This document shows, one piece after another, positions 30,120-40,532 of a DNA stretch of 64,000 nt (its first letter is position 1; each line of letters opens with the position of its first letter). Source of the DNA: an uncultured Chloroflexia bacterium (GTDB lineage Bacteria > Chloroflexota > Anaerolineae > JAAYZQ01); assembly GCA_963700285.1 (NCBI GenBank), contig CAVOXA010000001.1, forward strand, positions 256,001 through 320,000, in the 5' to 3' direction. The position numbers were made by a program, and so were the translations under genes. The notes under the pieces were generated by a model. The model did no database searches, was not told the origin of the DNA, and saw nothing but the letters and a program-made list of their open reading frames with translations.

Positions 30120-31799
30120 ATGACAACAGAATCGAACGCCGCTGCCAGCGCTGGAAGGGTAGAGAGAGTGAGCTGGCTGCCGATGGCCATCATCCTCCTG
30201 GCGCAAGTCCAGATGGGCTTTAACGTTAGCGCCATCCCCGTGTCCATCGGCCCCATCGTCGAAGAACTCGACGTGTCGGCGACGACGGTGGGGACGGCGC
30301 TGGTGGTCTATTCGCTGTTTGTGGCTGCCTTCGTGATGCTGGGCGCCAAGATCGGGAAGGTACTTGGCGGGAGGCTGGTCTTCCAGGTGACCGCCGTCTT
30401 GCACGGCCTGGCGATGGGGCTGATGGCGTTCAGCCAGAACGAGGACATGATGGTCAATGCCCAGGCCCTGGCCGGGTTGGCGGCCGCCGGGCTGGTGCCA
30501 ACCCTGGTGGTGCTGATCGCGGCCAACTATCGGGGCGCACAGCAGGCCCAGGCCTTGGGCTTGCTGGCCGGGGCGCCGGCCGTGGCCAGCGTGCTCGCCT
30601 TTCTGATCGCCGGCTTTCTCGGCACGGCTTTGAGCTGGCGCTACTCCTTCGGCCTGCTCTTCTTCGTATCGCTAATCGTCCTCATCCTCAGCTTCTGGCT
30701 GAAACCGATACCGCGCCAGCGGGGCATCAAGATCGACACGGTTGGGGCCGTATTGGCGGCCATCGCCGTCATTCTGATCAGCCTTGGCTTCAACAACCTC
30801 CACGCTTGGGGCTTGGTCCTGGCCACTGACGCGGCGCCGCTCAGCCTGTTTGGCCTATCCCCGGCGCCGTTCATGATCGTGGCCGGCCTTGTGGTGGGGC
30901 AGGCTTTCTTTGCCTGGTCCCACGAGCGCAAGGCCCAAGGCAAGACGCCGCTTCTGGCGCTGGAAGTGGTCGATTCGCGCCAGGAGCGGAGCGCCATTGT
31001 CTCAATGCTGGTGATCGGTGCCCTGGGGCCAGCCGTCAACTTTTTGATCCCGCTCTACATCCAGATCGTCCAGGGCCGCACCAGCCTGCAGACCTCGGTG
31101 GCGGTCATCCCCTATACGCTGGCCATCTTTGCCAGCGCAGTGCTCATCGTCCGGCTCTATGCCCGGCTGACCCCGCGCCAGATCGGCCGTATCGGGTTCC
31201 TCCTGGTGGCAGCGGGGCTGATGCTGTTGGCCTTTTCCATCCGCAATGCCTGGGGCACGCCGCTTGTGATCCTCAGCCTGGTGGTGCTCGGACTGGGGGA
31301 GGGCTCGCTGTTGACGCTGTTGTTCAACGTCCTGGTTTCGGCTTCGCCCAAGGAGCTGGCGGGTGATGTCGGCGCCCTGCGTGGCACGGCCAACAACCTC
31401 TCCACGGCGTTGGGCACGGCCTTTGCCGGGGTCGTGGCCGTCGGCCTGCTAAGCATGTTCATCATCAACAGCCTGGTGAACAACCCAACCATCCTTCCTG
31501 ATCTCAAGGCGCAGGTCGCCCTTGACAATATCAATTTCGTCAGCAACGACCAGTTGCTCGAGACGTTGAGCGGCACGACGGCGACCCCTGAGCAAGCGGC
31601 CGAGGCGGTGCGCATCAATGCAGAGGCACGGCTTCAGGCGCTCAAGGCATCTTTCCTGATCCTAGCCGCCCTGGCTTTGCTGGCCATCTTTCCCGCAGGC
31701 GGGCTGCCGAACTACGTTGCCGAGGAGGTGCCGGCCGACAGCTCGCAGAATCACGCTGGTTCGAGCCGGGAACAACCGGGTTCTAGAGCAATGGGATGA
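30120..31799 (+). CDS. MFS transporter (DHA2-like, ~14 TM)
   Basis: Many hydrophobic helices; GAKIGKVLGGRLVF, SWRYSF. Confidence 0.88.
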   Translation: MTTESNAAASAGRVERVSWLPMAIILLAQVQMGFNVSAIPVSIGPIVEELDVSATTVGTALVVYSLFVAAFVMLGAKIGKVLGGRLVFQVTAVLHGLAMGLMAFSQNEDMMVNAQALAGLAAAGLVPTLVVLIAANYRGAQQAQALGLLAGAPAVASVLAFLIAGFLGTALSWRYSFGLLFFVSLIVLILSFWLKPIPRQRGIKIDTVGAVLAAIAVILISLGFNNLHAWGLVLATDAAPLSLFGLSPAPFMIVAGLVVGQAFFAWSHERKAQGKTPLLALEVVDSRQERSAIVSMLVIGALGPAVNFLIPLYIQIVQGRTSLQTSVAVIPYTLAIFASAVLIVRLYARLTPRQIGRIGFLLVAAGLMLLAFSIRNAWGTPLVILSLVVLGLGEGSLLTLLFNVLVSASPKELAGDVGALRGTANNLSTALGTAFAGVVAVGLLSMFIINSLVNNPTILPDLKAQVALDNINFVSNDQLLETLSGTTATPEQAAEAVRINAEARLQALKASFLILAALALLAIFPAGGLPNYVAEEVPADSSQNHAGSSREQPGSRAMG

Positions 31800-31856
31800 G
31801 TCGGATTGGTTGTAGATGAGGCAAGCAATTGTGAACAATCGATGAAGGAGGCACAA

Positions 31857-33320
31857 ATGGATATCACAGTCAAGACCGGCGATCTGCTGCGCGAGCCATC
31901 TGATCTCGCCATGCTCGCCATGTTCGAGGACGTTCCGCTGCCGGCCGATGTGGCGGACCTGCTCGAAGCCGAGGACTTTCAGGGCAAGTCGAACCAGATG
32001 CGGCTGCTCTACCCGCGCGGCGCCGTCGCCCCACGGCGCCTGCTACTGGTTGGCCTGGGCAAGCGGGAGAAAGCAAGCGCCGAGGGGATTCGAATGGCGA
32101 GTGCGACTGCTGTAAAGCAGGCGCAAGCCCTGCAGGTGCCCGCGGTCACCGTCGGCGTCCACGGCGACCTGCCCCTGGACCCGGAGGTGATGGGCCAGGC
32201 ATTCGCCGAGGGGAGCTACCTGGGCGCCTACCGCTTCTGGCGCTATCGCAGCGGACTGACGGCAGAGGAGACCTTTGCCATCGAGCGTGCGACGGTGTTT
32301 CCCAGCAAGGGCAACGAGGAAGCGGTCCGCGCCGGAATCGCCACCGGGCAGACCATCGCCCGCGGCGTGGCGTTGGCGCGCGACCTGGTCAACGGCCCCG
32401 GCTACGCCATGACGCCCGCCGCCCTCGGTGATGAGGCTGAGTCACTGGGTAAGCGGCTGGGTCTCAAGATCATGGTGCTTGACGAGGCCCAATTGATGGA
32501 ACAGGGCTTTGGCGGTATCTTGGCTGTCGGCAAAGGCTCGGCCAACCCTTCCCGCTTCATCGTTATGGAATATGGCCAGGCAAAGGAAGGCACACCTACG
32601 ATCTGCCTGGTTGGCAAGGGCCTCACCTTTGACTCGGGTGGTCTCTCGCTCAAGCCAGCCCAAGCGATGGAGACCATGAAATCGGACATGGGCGGCGCGG
32701 CGGCTGTCTTTGGCGCCATGCTGGCCGTCGCCGAGCTGGATCTGCCCCTGCACGTGGTGGCGCTCGTGTCCGCCGCCGAGAACATGCCCAGTAGCAATGC
32801 CTATCGGCCGGGCGACGTGGTGAAAACGCTTAGCAGCAAGACGATCGAGGTCATCAACACCGACGCCGAGGGCCGCATCATCCTCTCCGATGCGCTCTTT
32901 TACGCCCAGCGCTACAAGCCGGCGGCTATCATAGAGTTGTCGACGCTCACCGGCGCGATCATCATCGCCCTCGGCTCCCATGCCATCGGCCTGATGGCGA
33001 CCGACCAGGCGCTGGCCGACCAGATCGGGCGGGCGGGGGATGCCAGTTGGGAGCGGGTGTGGCAGTTGCCCCTTTGGGACGAGTACCACGAAATGATCAA
33101 AAGCGAGATCGCCGATCTCAAGAACCTCGGGGGCCAGCCTGCCGGCTCCATCACGGCCGGGGCCTTCCTGGCCGCCTTTGTGGGCGACTATCCCTTCGCC
33201 CACCTCGACATCGCCGGCACGGCCTGGGTGGACAAGCCGGTCAAGCCGTACGACAGCCATGGGGGCACAGGCGTCGGCGTGCGCCTGCTGGCGCAGTTCT
33301 TGAGGGATTATGCACACTAG
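31857..33320 (+). CDS. pepA: Leucyl aminopeptidase (M17)
   Basis: VGKGLTFDSGGLSLK, MKSDMGG, ENMPS, NTDAEGR, TLTGA, HLDIAGT. Confidence 0.95.
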   Translation: MDITVKTGDLLREPSDLAMLAMFEDVPLPADVADLLEAEDFQGKSNQMRLLYPRGAVAPRRLLLVGLGKREKASAEGIRMASATAVKQAQALQVPAVTVGVHGDLPLDPEVMGQAFAEGSYLGAYRFWRYRSGLTAEETFAIERATVFPSKGNEEAVRAGIATGQTIARGVALARDLVNGPGYAMTPAALGDEAESLGKRLGLKIMVLDEAQLMEQGFGGILAVGKGSANPSRFIVMEYGQAKEGTPTICLVGKGLTFDSGGLSLKPAQAMETMKSDMGGAAAVFGAMLAVAELDLPLHVVALVSAAENMPSSNAYRPGDVVKTLSSKTIEVINTDAEGRIILSDALFYAQRYKPAAIIELSTLTGAIIIALGSHAIGLMATDQALADQIGRAGDASWERVWQLPLWDEYHEMIKSEIADLKNLGGQPAGSITAGAFLAAFVGDYPFAHLDIAGTAWVDKPVKPYDSHGGTGVGVRLLAQFLRDYAH

Positions 33321-33328
33321 GTCCCTAT

Positions 33329-33365
33329 CCCCTTCCCGCAAGGCCGCCCGCTTTGCGGGAAGGGG
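33329..33365. other. Intergenic hairpin between pepA and abgT
   Basis: CCCCTTCCCGCAA / TTGCGGGAAGGGG 13-bp stem with no U tract. Confidence 0.5.
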
Positions 33366-33401
33366 ACCGACCACAGCACCCGAAACAAAGTGGAGGCCAA
33401 A

Positions 33402-35054
33402 ATGACCGAAGAAGCTGCAGAGCAGCCGGGCCGGCGCTCGTTCATGGACAAGCTACTGGACGCCGTTGAGCGGGTGGGCAACAAGGTGCCCCATCCGGTG
33501 CTCATGTTTTCGTATCTCATCATTGGTGTCATCGTCCTGTCGGCCATCTTGTCGTTGTTTGGCATCAGCGTCACCGAGCTAATTGCCGTGCCGGTGCCGG
33601 TGGAGACAATACCCGACTTCTATGAAGATGTCTCCGAATACAGTCTGTCGGGAGTGGGCACGGAGGACGTCGAATTCGAAATCGTGGAACAGACCGTCGC
33701 CATCAAGAGCCTTCTGACTATAGACGGAATCCGGTTCCTCTTCTCGTCCTTTGTCACGAACTTTCAGGGCTTTGGCGCGCTGGCTGTGACGCTCATCGCG
33801 ATGATGGGCGCAGGCGCGGCCGAAGTTGCCGGACTCATTGCCGCCTTGATCCGCAAGCTGGTCAAGGTCGCCCCGCGCGGGCTGATCGCCTATCTCATTG
33901 TCTTTGTCGGCGTGCTGTCGAGCGTCGCCTCGGATGCGGGCTATCTAATCTTGATTCCACTGGGCGCGGCGGCCTTCCTGGCCGTGGGACGGCACCCGAT
34001 CGCCGGCCTGGCCGCCGGCTTTGGCGGCGTCGCGGCCGTGTTCATGGCGAACCTGATCCCCACGCCGACGGACGCCATGCTGTTCGAGATCACCAATGAA
34101 GCGATCGGGATGGCCGGCGGCTCGCCTATCTCCATCACGGCCGACTACTTTTTCCAGGCCGTCTCGGCCCTGCTGATGACTGTGGTCGTTGGGCTTGTCA
34201 CGGTGCGCGTCATCGAACCCCGCCTGGGCAAATACGATCCTGCGGACGCCGGTGACCCCGAACATGCCGCCGCCACCGCCGAAATTGATCCGGTCCTCGA
34301 AGCGCGCGGTCTGCGCCGGGCCGGGCTGGCGGCCCTGGTCGTGCTGGCCGTCGTCCTGCTTGCCACCCTGCCTCCGGGCGCGCCGCTGCGCGATCCTGAA
34401 ACGGGCGCGATCATCGGCCAGACGCCCTTCATGAGCAGCCTGCTGTTCATCATAATGCTGTTCTTCTTTATCCCCGGCGTGGCCTATGGCACGGCGACCG
34501 GCATGTACAAGGGAGCCAACGACGTGATCGCCGCGGTCGTCAAGACGTTCGCCGGCCTGGGCGGCCTGATCTTTATGCTGATGATGATCAGCCAGTTCAT
34601 CGCCTACTTTAACTACTCCAATATGCCGAGCGTGGTCGCTACCGCGCTGGCCGGCTGGCTTGGAAATGCCGGTATTCCCGCGGTCCCGCTGTTGATCGGT
34701 TTCGTCCTGGTCATCGTGCTACTCGACTTTATCATCCCTGGCACGCTGCCCAAGTGGGCGATCTTTGCGCCCATCTTTGTGCCGCTCTTTATCCGGCTGG
34801 GCGTGCCCGCGCAAACCGTGTTCGCAGCTTACCGCGTCGGCGACTCGCCCATCAACACGCTCACGCCGTTGATGGTCTATTTTCCGGTGATCGTTACCTT
34901 TGCGCAGCGCTATCAGAAGAACTCGGGCGTCGGGTCGCTCGTGGCGCTCATGTTACCCTACGCGGCCATCGTTCTGATCGTCTGGCTGGTGCTGCTCATC
35001 CTGTGGTTCGTGGTGGGGATCCCGCTTGGGCCAGGTTACGCGGTGCGGTTCTGA
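33402..35054 (+). CDS. AbgT family transporter
   Basis: VERVGNKVPHP, ASDAGYL, GRHPIAGLAAGF, KWAIFAPIFVP, AYRVGDS, GIPLGPG. Confidence 0.92.
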   Translation: MTEEAAEQPGRRSFMDKLLDAVERVGNKVPHPVLMFSYLIIGVIVLSAILSLFGISVTELIAVPVPVETIPDFYEDVSEYSLSGVGTEDVEFEIVEQTVAIKSLLTIDGIRFLFSSFVTNFQGFGALAVTLIAMMGAGAAEVAGLIAALIRKLVKVAPRGLIAYLIVFVGVLSSVASDAGYLILIPLGAAAFLAVGRHPIAGLAAGFGGVAAVFMANLIPTPTDAMLFEITNEAIGMAGGSPISITADYFFQAVSALLMTVVVGLVTVRVIEPRLGKYDPADAGDPEHAAATAEIDPVLEARGLRRAGLAALVVLAVVLLATLPPGAPLRDPETGAIIGQTPFMSSLLFIIMLFFFIPGVAYGTATGMYKGANDVIAAVVKTFAGLGGLIFMLMMISQFIAYFNYSNMPSVVATALAGWLGNAGIPAVPLLIGFVLVIVLLDFIIPGTLPKWAIFAPIFVPLFIRLGVPAQTVFAAYRVGDSPINTLTPLMVYFPVIVTFAQRYQKNSGVGSLVALMLPYAAIVLIVWLVLLILWFVVGIPLGPGYAVRF

Positions 35055-35189
35055 TGCCGTCTGTGGTGCTCCACTGCGCCTGCCCCCGATGGTACTCGGG
35101 GGCCTGGCCTGACCGACACTAGCGCCATGGGTGCGCATCGGCTGCGGTCGGCCGATCGAAAAAAAACGAGTAGAAGGAGAAACAAGTTT

Positions 35190-37091
35190 ATGAAAAGTAT
35201 TGGGAAACTCAGCTTGCTGGTCGTGACAGTGCTGCTATTGGCAGCCTGTCAACTGCTACCCGGAAGGGGGGGCGGCGCGGACCTGGTTGACACCAGTTGG
35301 GTACTGAGCTCGCTCGGCGGCGACCTGCCGCTGCCGGGTACCAGTGTGACCCTCCAGTTTGGCGCCGATGGCAGCGCATCCGGCTCGGACGGATGCAACC
35401 GGTTCCGCACCACCTTTTCCCAGCGCGGCGACAGGCTCACCTTCGATCAGCCTGGGGCTTCGACCATGATGGCCTGCGAGGAGCCGATCATGAACCAGGC
35501 CACGGCCTATATGGCCGCGCTCGCCGCGACCACAAAGTTCACCGTCAGCGAGGAGGAACTGATCCTGCGCGACGGCAATGAGAACCTGGCGATCTTGGCG
35601 CCCGTTTCACAGGGCTTGGCCGATTCGGCGTGGGACGTGGTCTCGTACAACAACGGTCGGGAAGCCGTGGTGGGCGTGCACCTTGGCACAGAGATCTCGG
35701 CCAACTTTGGCGCCGACGGCCAGGTGAGCGGCAATGCCGGCTGCAACCAGTACTTTGCCGGCTACTCGGTCGACGGCAAAGCCATCGAGATCGGCCCGGC
35801 GGCCACGACGTTCAAGTTCTGCGAAGAACCCCCGGGCGTGATGGAGCAAGAGAGCGCGTACCTGGCTGCGCTCCAGAGTGCGGCGACCTATCGCATCGAG
35901 GGCGATATGTTGGAGATGCGCAGCGCTGCCGACCAGATTGCTGTCATGATGATCCGCAAGACCGCCGTGGATCTGCCAGAGCCTCCACCACTGCCCACGG
36001 CACCCTGGGCCCGCGTGACTGCGCCGCAGGGCGTCAATCTCCATGCAGGCCCGGGCGTCGACTATCCGGTGATCGGCTTTGCCGGTGATGGCGACGAGGG
36101 CGAGATCGCCGGCCGGGACGCCGACTGGCGTTGGTGGGCGGTCTCTCTGCCTGACGCGCCGGCTGGCATCGGCTGGGTATCGGCGGATCTTGTGCTGGCC
36201 ATGAACGTGGAAAACGTGCCGGTGATCGAGTCGCCGCCACCTCCCGTCGTGCCGACCGACGCGCCGCCAACGCCATTCCCGCCGCCTACGGAAACGCCAC
36301 TCCCGCTGCCTACGGAAACGCCGCTCCCGCCGCCTACGGAAACGCCGCTCCCGCCGCCTACGGAAACGCCGCTCCCGCCAGCCACGGCGACGCCAACACC
36401 GCTCCCGCCGCCTACCTGGACGCCAACGCCCCTACCACCACCCACCGCGACGCCCTCGGCGCAGATCTCGTTCTGGGCCGAGCGGACGACCCTCGAGCAG
36501 GGCCAGTGCACGACGCTCCGTTGGTCGGTGGAACATGTGCAGGCGGTGTGGGTCTATCCCCAGGGTGAGCGATACTATCGTTTCCCCCGCACCGGGCAGG
36601 GCAGCGAGCAGGTCTGCCCAACCAATACGACGACGTACGAGATGCGCATCCTGCTGCGCGACGGTTCAGCGACCTTCCGTGAGGTGACCATCAGCGTGGC
36701 GGGCCCGCCGCCGACCGTAGCGCCATCGCCGGTGCCCGATCCCCTGTCAGGAACGCGCTGGGAGGTAGTTAACTACAACAACGGCCGCGGGGCGTTGGTC
36801 ACGTTGCTCGACGCAAGCCGGATCGCTCTGGATTTTGGCACGGATGGGCAGGCGAGCGGCAACGCCGGCTGCAACAACTTCTTTGCATCCTATCAGGTAA
36901 ACGGCAACAACATCACGGTCGGCCAGCCTGCCAGCACATCCCTGTTCTGCGCGGAACCAGAGGGGGTGATGGAACAGGAGGCCGAGTTCCTGGACGCTTT
37001 GCAGACAGCCGCCACCTTCCGTATCGACGGCGATACACTGGAAATGCGATCTGCCGATCAGATAGCCATCATCGCGACGCGGGCGCCATAA
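35190..37091 (+). CDS. Lipoprotein with three META (HslJ) domains, an SH3b-like domain and a Pro/Thr-rich linker
   Basis: Lipobox LLAAC; three GxxGCN..T..xC META motifs; VNLHAGPGVDY..GWVSA; PPPTETPL repeats. Confidence 0.88.
   Translation: MKSIGKLSLLVVTVLLLAACQLLPGRGGGADLVDTSWVLSSLGGDLPLPGTSVTLQFGADGSASGSDGCNRFRTTFSQRGDRLTFDQPGASTMMACEEPIMNQATAYMAALAATTKFTVSEEELILRDGNENLAILAPVSQGLADSAWDVVSYNNGREAVVGVHLGTEISANFGADGQVSGNAGCNQYFAGYSVDGKAIEIGPAATTFKFCEEPPGVMEQESAYLAALQSAATYRIEGDMLEMRSAADQIAVMMIRKTAVDLPEPPPLPTAPWARVTAPQGVNLHAGPGVDYPVIGFAGDGDEGEIAGRDADWRWWAVSLPDAPAGIGWVSADLVLAMNVENVPVIESPPPPVVPTDAPPTPFPPPTETPLPLPTETPLPPPTETPLPPPTETPLPPATATPTPLPPPTWTPTPLPPPTATPSAQISFWAERTTLEQGQCTTLRWSVEHVQAVWVYPQGERYYRFPRTGQGSEQVCPTNTTTYEMRILLRDGSATFREVTISVAGPPPTVAPSPVPDPLSGTRWEVVNYNNGRGALVTLLDASRIALDFGTDGQASGNAGCNNFFASYQVNGNNITVGQPASTSLFCAEPEGVMEQEAEFLDALQTAATFRIDGDTLEMRSADQIAIIATRAP
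36279..36380 (+). repeat. Coding 24-bp tandem repeat (PPPTETPL x4)
   Basis: CCGCCGCCTACGGAAACGCCGCTC-like units. Confidence 0.8.
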
Positions 37092-37336
37092 GGAGCCCGC
37101 GTCTGCAGGCACTATAAGCTGTCTGCTGCCGTCAGTGCCGTCACGTGTCCCATGGCTCGACCGGCTGCGCTGACGGCAGAGAAGGCATCAAATGCCATTA
37201 GGAATTGTCTTTGCCATTGGTCTCCTGACCCAACACCGGATCCGTTCAGTGCGCGGCCGGTACGTCAACCTCTAACCTGAGATGGCCGCCATGATCCGCC
37301 CTAAGGATCATCTACTAGGGGGGTGGAACTGACTAT

Positions 37337-38515
37337 ATGGGCAGATTCGACAATCATCGCCCGAAGGTGGCGGGCGCTGTAGGGGGCCGTTCGGGTCCGC
37401 GTCCTGGACTGCCCAGGCAGTTCTTGTATGTGGCCCTGCTGGTGGTCGCGGGCAGCCAGGCGTTGGGCCTGGCTGCCGCCAGCGCGCAGACGCCTGCTCC
37501 CCCGCCGGCCGAGAAGCTGCGGGTCGTCACGAAACCGGTGGAGCCGTTTGTGATCGCCGGTGAGGATGGGAGCCTGTCGGGCTTTAGCATCGATCTGTGG
37601 CAAGCCATCGTTGCGCAACTGGGACAGGACTACGAGTGGATCTACCTAGAAACCGTGGCCGAGCAACTCCAGGCCGTGAAGGATGGGCGGGCTGACGTCG
37701 CCGTCGCCGCCATCAGCATGACACCCGAACGCGAGCAACTGGTCGACTTTTCGCACCCCTATTTCGACGCAGGGCTGCGGGTCCTGACTCGCCCCCAGGA
37801 TGGGGATCCATCGGTCCGGAGCCTCATTGCCAGTTTTTTCTCGCCCGCCCTGTTTCGGATTTTGGGCATCAGCCTGTTGGTACTGCTGGCCATGGCCCAC
37901 GTCATCTGGCTGATGGAGAGGGGCCACAACCCGGAGATGCCCAGGTCCTACCTGAGTGGCATTTGGGAAGCGTTCTGGTGGTCGCTGTCCACGATCGCCA
38001 CGCACAAGTATGGGGAGGGTGAGGAGCCGCGCACCTTCTTCCGGCGCCTGCTGGCGATGTTATGGGTTGTGTTGGGCATCATCCTGATCGCTGAATTCAC
38101 CGCGTCCATTACCTCCTCGCTCACGGTGAAGCAGCTCCGTGCAGAGATCGGCGGGCCAGAAGACCTGCCCGGCAAGCGCATCGCCACGGTGGCTGGCAGT
38201 ACTGCCGCCAAGTACCTGGAGGAGAAGAGCCTGAGCTACATCCCCGTAGCACGCATCGAAGAAGCCTACCCACTGCTCATGCGGGGCGCCGTAGATGCCA
38301 TCGTGTACGATTCACCCGTCCTGATCGATTATGCAAACAGGGTAGGGGGAAGACAGGTAGAAGTGACAGGGCCGATCCTTACGGAGGAAGCGTATGCTAT
38401 TGCGCTGCCGGCGGGCAGTCCGTGGCGCAAGCCGATCAACACTGCCATCCTCAGATTGCAGCGCGACGGCACGTACGATACACTGTACGAAAAATGGTTT
38501 GGCAGCCAGCGTTGA
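37337..38515 (+). CDS. GluR0-like ligand-gated ion channel (split family-3 SBP + TM-pore-TM)
   Basis: SGFSIDLW, ISMTPEREQLVDFSHPY, TM, WEAFWWSLSTIAT pore helix, TM, FTASITSSLT, DLPGKRIATVAGST, EKWFG. Confidence 0.85.
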   Translation: MGRFDNHRPKVAGAVGGRSGPRPGLPRQFLYVALLVVAGSQALGLAAASAQTPAPPPAEKLRVVTKPVEPFVIAGEDGSLSGFSIDLWQAIVAQLGQDYEWIYLETVAEQLQAVKDGRADVAVAAISMTPEREQLVDFSHPYFDAGLRVLTRPQDGDPSVRSLIASFFSPALFRILGISLLVLLAMAHVIWLMERGHNPEMPRSYLSGIWEAFWWSLSTIATHKYGEGEEPRTFFRRLLAMLWVVLGIILIAEFTASITSSLTVKQLRAEIGGPEDLPGKRIATVAGSTAAKYLEEKSLSYIPVARIEEAYPLLMRGAVDAIVYDSPVLIDYANRVGGRQVEVTGPILTEEAYAIALPAGSPWRKPINTAILRLQRDGTYDTLYEKWFGSQR

Positions 38516-38604
38516 CCCCGCGGCGTACGCGCCGGAACTACCGGGAGACCCGAGTGCAGAAGGGCTGCGCGAAATTCGGATGGCCCTATGCGATTGGGGG
38601 AATA

Positions 38605-40416
38605 ATGAATGAGTGGGACCACCGCTTCTGACGCATCTTGATGCCAGTCGCAACCGTGTTAGTATTGGCGGCGTGCTCGTCGCCCCCATTGACGTCGACC
38701 ACATCGCCGCACCCCTCAGAGGGAGCGATGGCGACACCATCGATCGCACCAACTGCGGAGCCGTCAGCGACCATCGTAGTAGGCGATTTGCCGCCCGCTG
38801 TCGAGTACAACCTGGGCGAAGCGATCATCGTCCAGGAGCGATTCCCCGAGGACAGTCGCTTCCGGAATATGCCCGTGCGCGTGAACGGCCTCATTGCTGC
38901 GCCGTCGGAGGGCGGGCCTTACCCTGTGGTCGTCATCCTTCACGGCACCCACCCCGGCTGTCCCGTCGACGAACACGAGGTCGATCGCTGGCCGTGCGAT
39001 CCGGAGCTGGAGCAGCCCAACTATCAGGGGTTCGAATACCTGGTGCGCCACTTGGCTGCGCGGGGCTATGTTACCCTCTCGATCAACATCAATGCCGAGA
39101 ACACCTTCGGCTTCGGCGAGCCCGTGGACGGCGAGCGGCTGCAGCAGTTGGTCGACCTGCACCTGGGAGCCCTGGCCGCAGCCACGACCGGCGGCCCCAA
39201 CGACTTTGGCGTCGAACTGGAGGGCCGTGCCGATGTGGGGCGTCTGGCCCTCTTTGGCCACTCGCGCGGCGGCGACGCCGCCTACTGGCTGGCCCACACT
39301 CCTGGAATGGCTTGGGCAGCCGTCGCCAGCCAGGGCTATGGACCCGTGCACGGTCTGCTGCTGATCGCCCCAGCCGTCGCCTCGTTCGATCCCCCGGCTG
39401 CTTCTAGGGCGCCAATGACCATCATCCTGCCCGCCTGTGACGGTGATGTCGCTTTTCAGGAGGGACAGCACTTCTACGAAGGGGCACGGCTGGCCCCGGG
39501 ACAAACCCAGTGGGTGACATCGGCCTGGCTGGAGCGCGCCAACCACAATTTCTTCAACCAACTCCTGCCGGACGATCGCATGGGGCGCCCGGGGAGACCC
39601 GACTGTGACACACTGCTTGAGCCGGAGACGCAGCGCAGCTTTCTCGTCGACTATGCGGCCGATTTCCTGGTGACGCTCTTTGATGAGGATGCAGTCGCGG
39701 TGTCTGAGGCCATGGCCCGCCTGGGCATGGACGTCCAGGCGCGGGCGCCGGACGAGCTCTACGGGCTACCGGCGCGCGTGGCCACCCTGGCGGCCGCAGA
39801 TGACCGGCAGCCGTTGCTGGTGCCGGCGTCGGCAGAAGAACTGGCGACCAACCTGCAAGGCGGCGGTGTAACAAAACAGGGCATGACGACCCACTTTTGC
39901 CCCGAAGGCTACTACACCCCGGCCATGATGCCCGGCAGCGAGCCGTGCCGCCGGGTCAACCTGACCATACCCGGTAACCCGGCCTTGGCGGTCGTCTCCT
40001 GGGCAGAGCCAGGTGCGGTCTGGCGCTTTGCCTTGCCGGCGGGCAACGGCGACCTGAGCAGCTACACGACACTCAGCCTACGCGCAGCGGTTGACCCGCT
40101 GTCAGGGCTGAATGCCCCTGACAGACATCAGGGCTTCAGCCTGCAACTGACCGACCGCGTGGGCAACATCGCCACGGTGCGAACACGACGCGACGAGCCG
40201 GCGCTGGGATTCCCCGCCGGGTTAGTGGAGGAAGACAACCTCTTCGGCGATTTGTTCACCGGGCGCGTCCCCATGACCACGATCCGGCAGCCGCTTACCG
40301 ATTTCGAGGGGGTCGATCTGGCCACTATCGGCGAGGTCGCGCTGCTGTTTGACCAGACTGCTAGTGGTTCGCTCTTCCTGGCTGACGTAGAATGGGTAAG
40401 GCCGTCCCAACCTTGA
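38605..40416 (+). CDS. Alpha/beta hydrolase lipoprotein (start 38605 or 38641)
   Basis: Lipobox LAAC; PVVVILHG, GHSRGG nucleophile elbow, ACDGDV, ANHNFFN. Confidence 0.8.
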
Positions 40417-40448
40417 TGCCGCTAGAATAGAACGGCATCAAGGTTGGG
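40406..40448. terminator. Strong hairpin between convergent units
   Basis: CCCAACCTTGATGCCG / CGGCATCAAGGTTGGG perfect 16-bp stem. Confidence 0.6.
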
Positions 40449-40532
40449 CAAGTGCTGAAGGTGAGGAGGTTTGCAGATAGACCTCTGCCTTCTGGCAAAA
40501 CGCTTAGCATCCAGTTGATCCCTGCTGCCAAT

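Noticed and set aside
37126-37179. Stem-loop upstream of the channel gene as a riboswitch
   Set aside because: Only a simple 13-bp stem; no aptamer consensus recognised.
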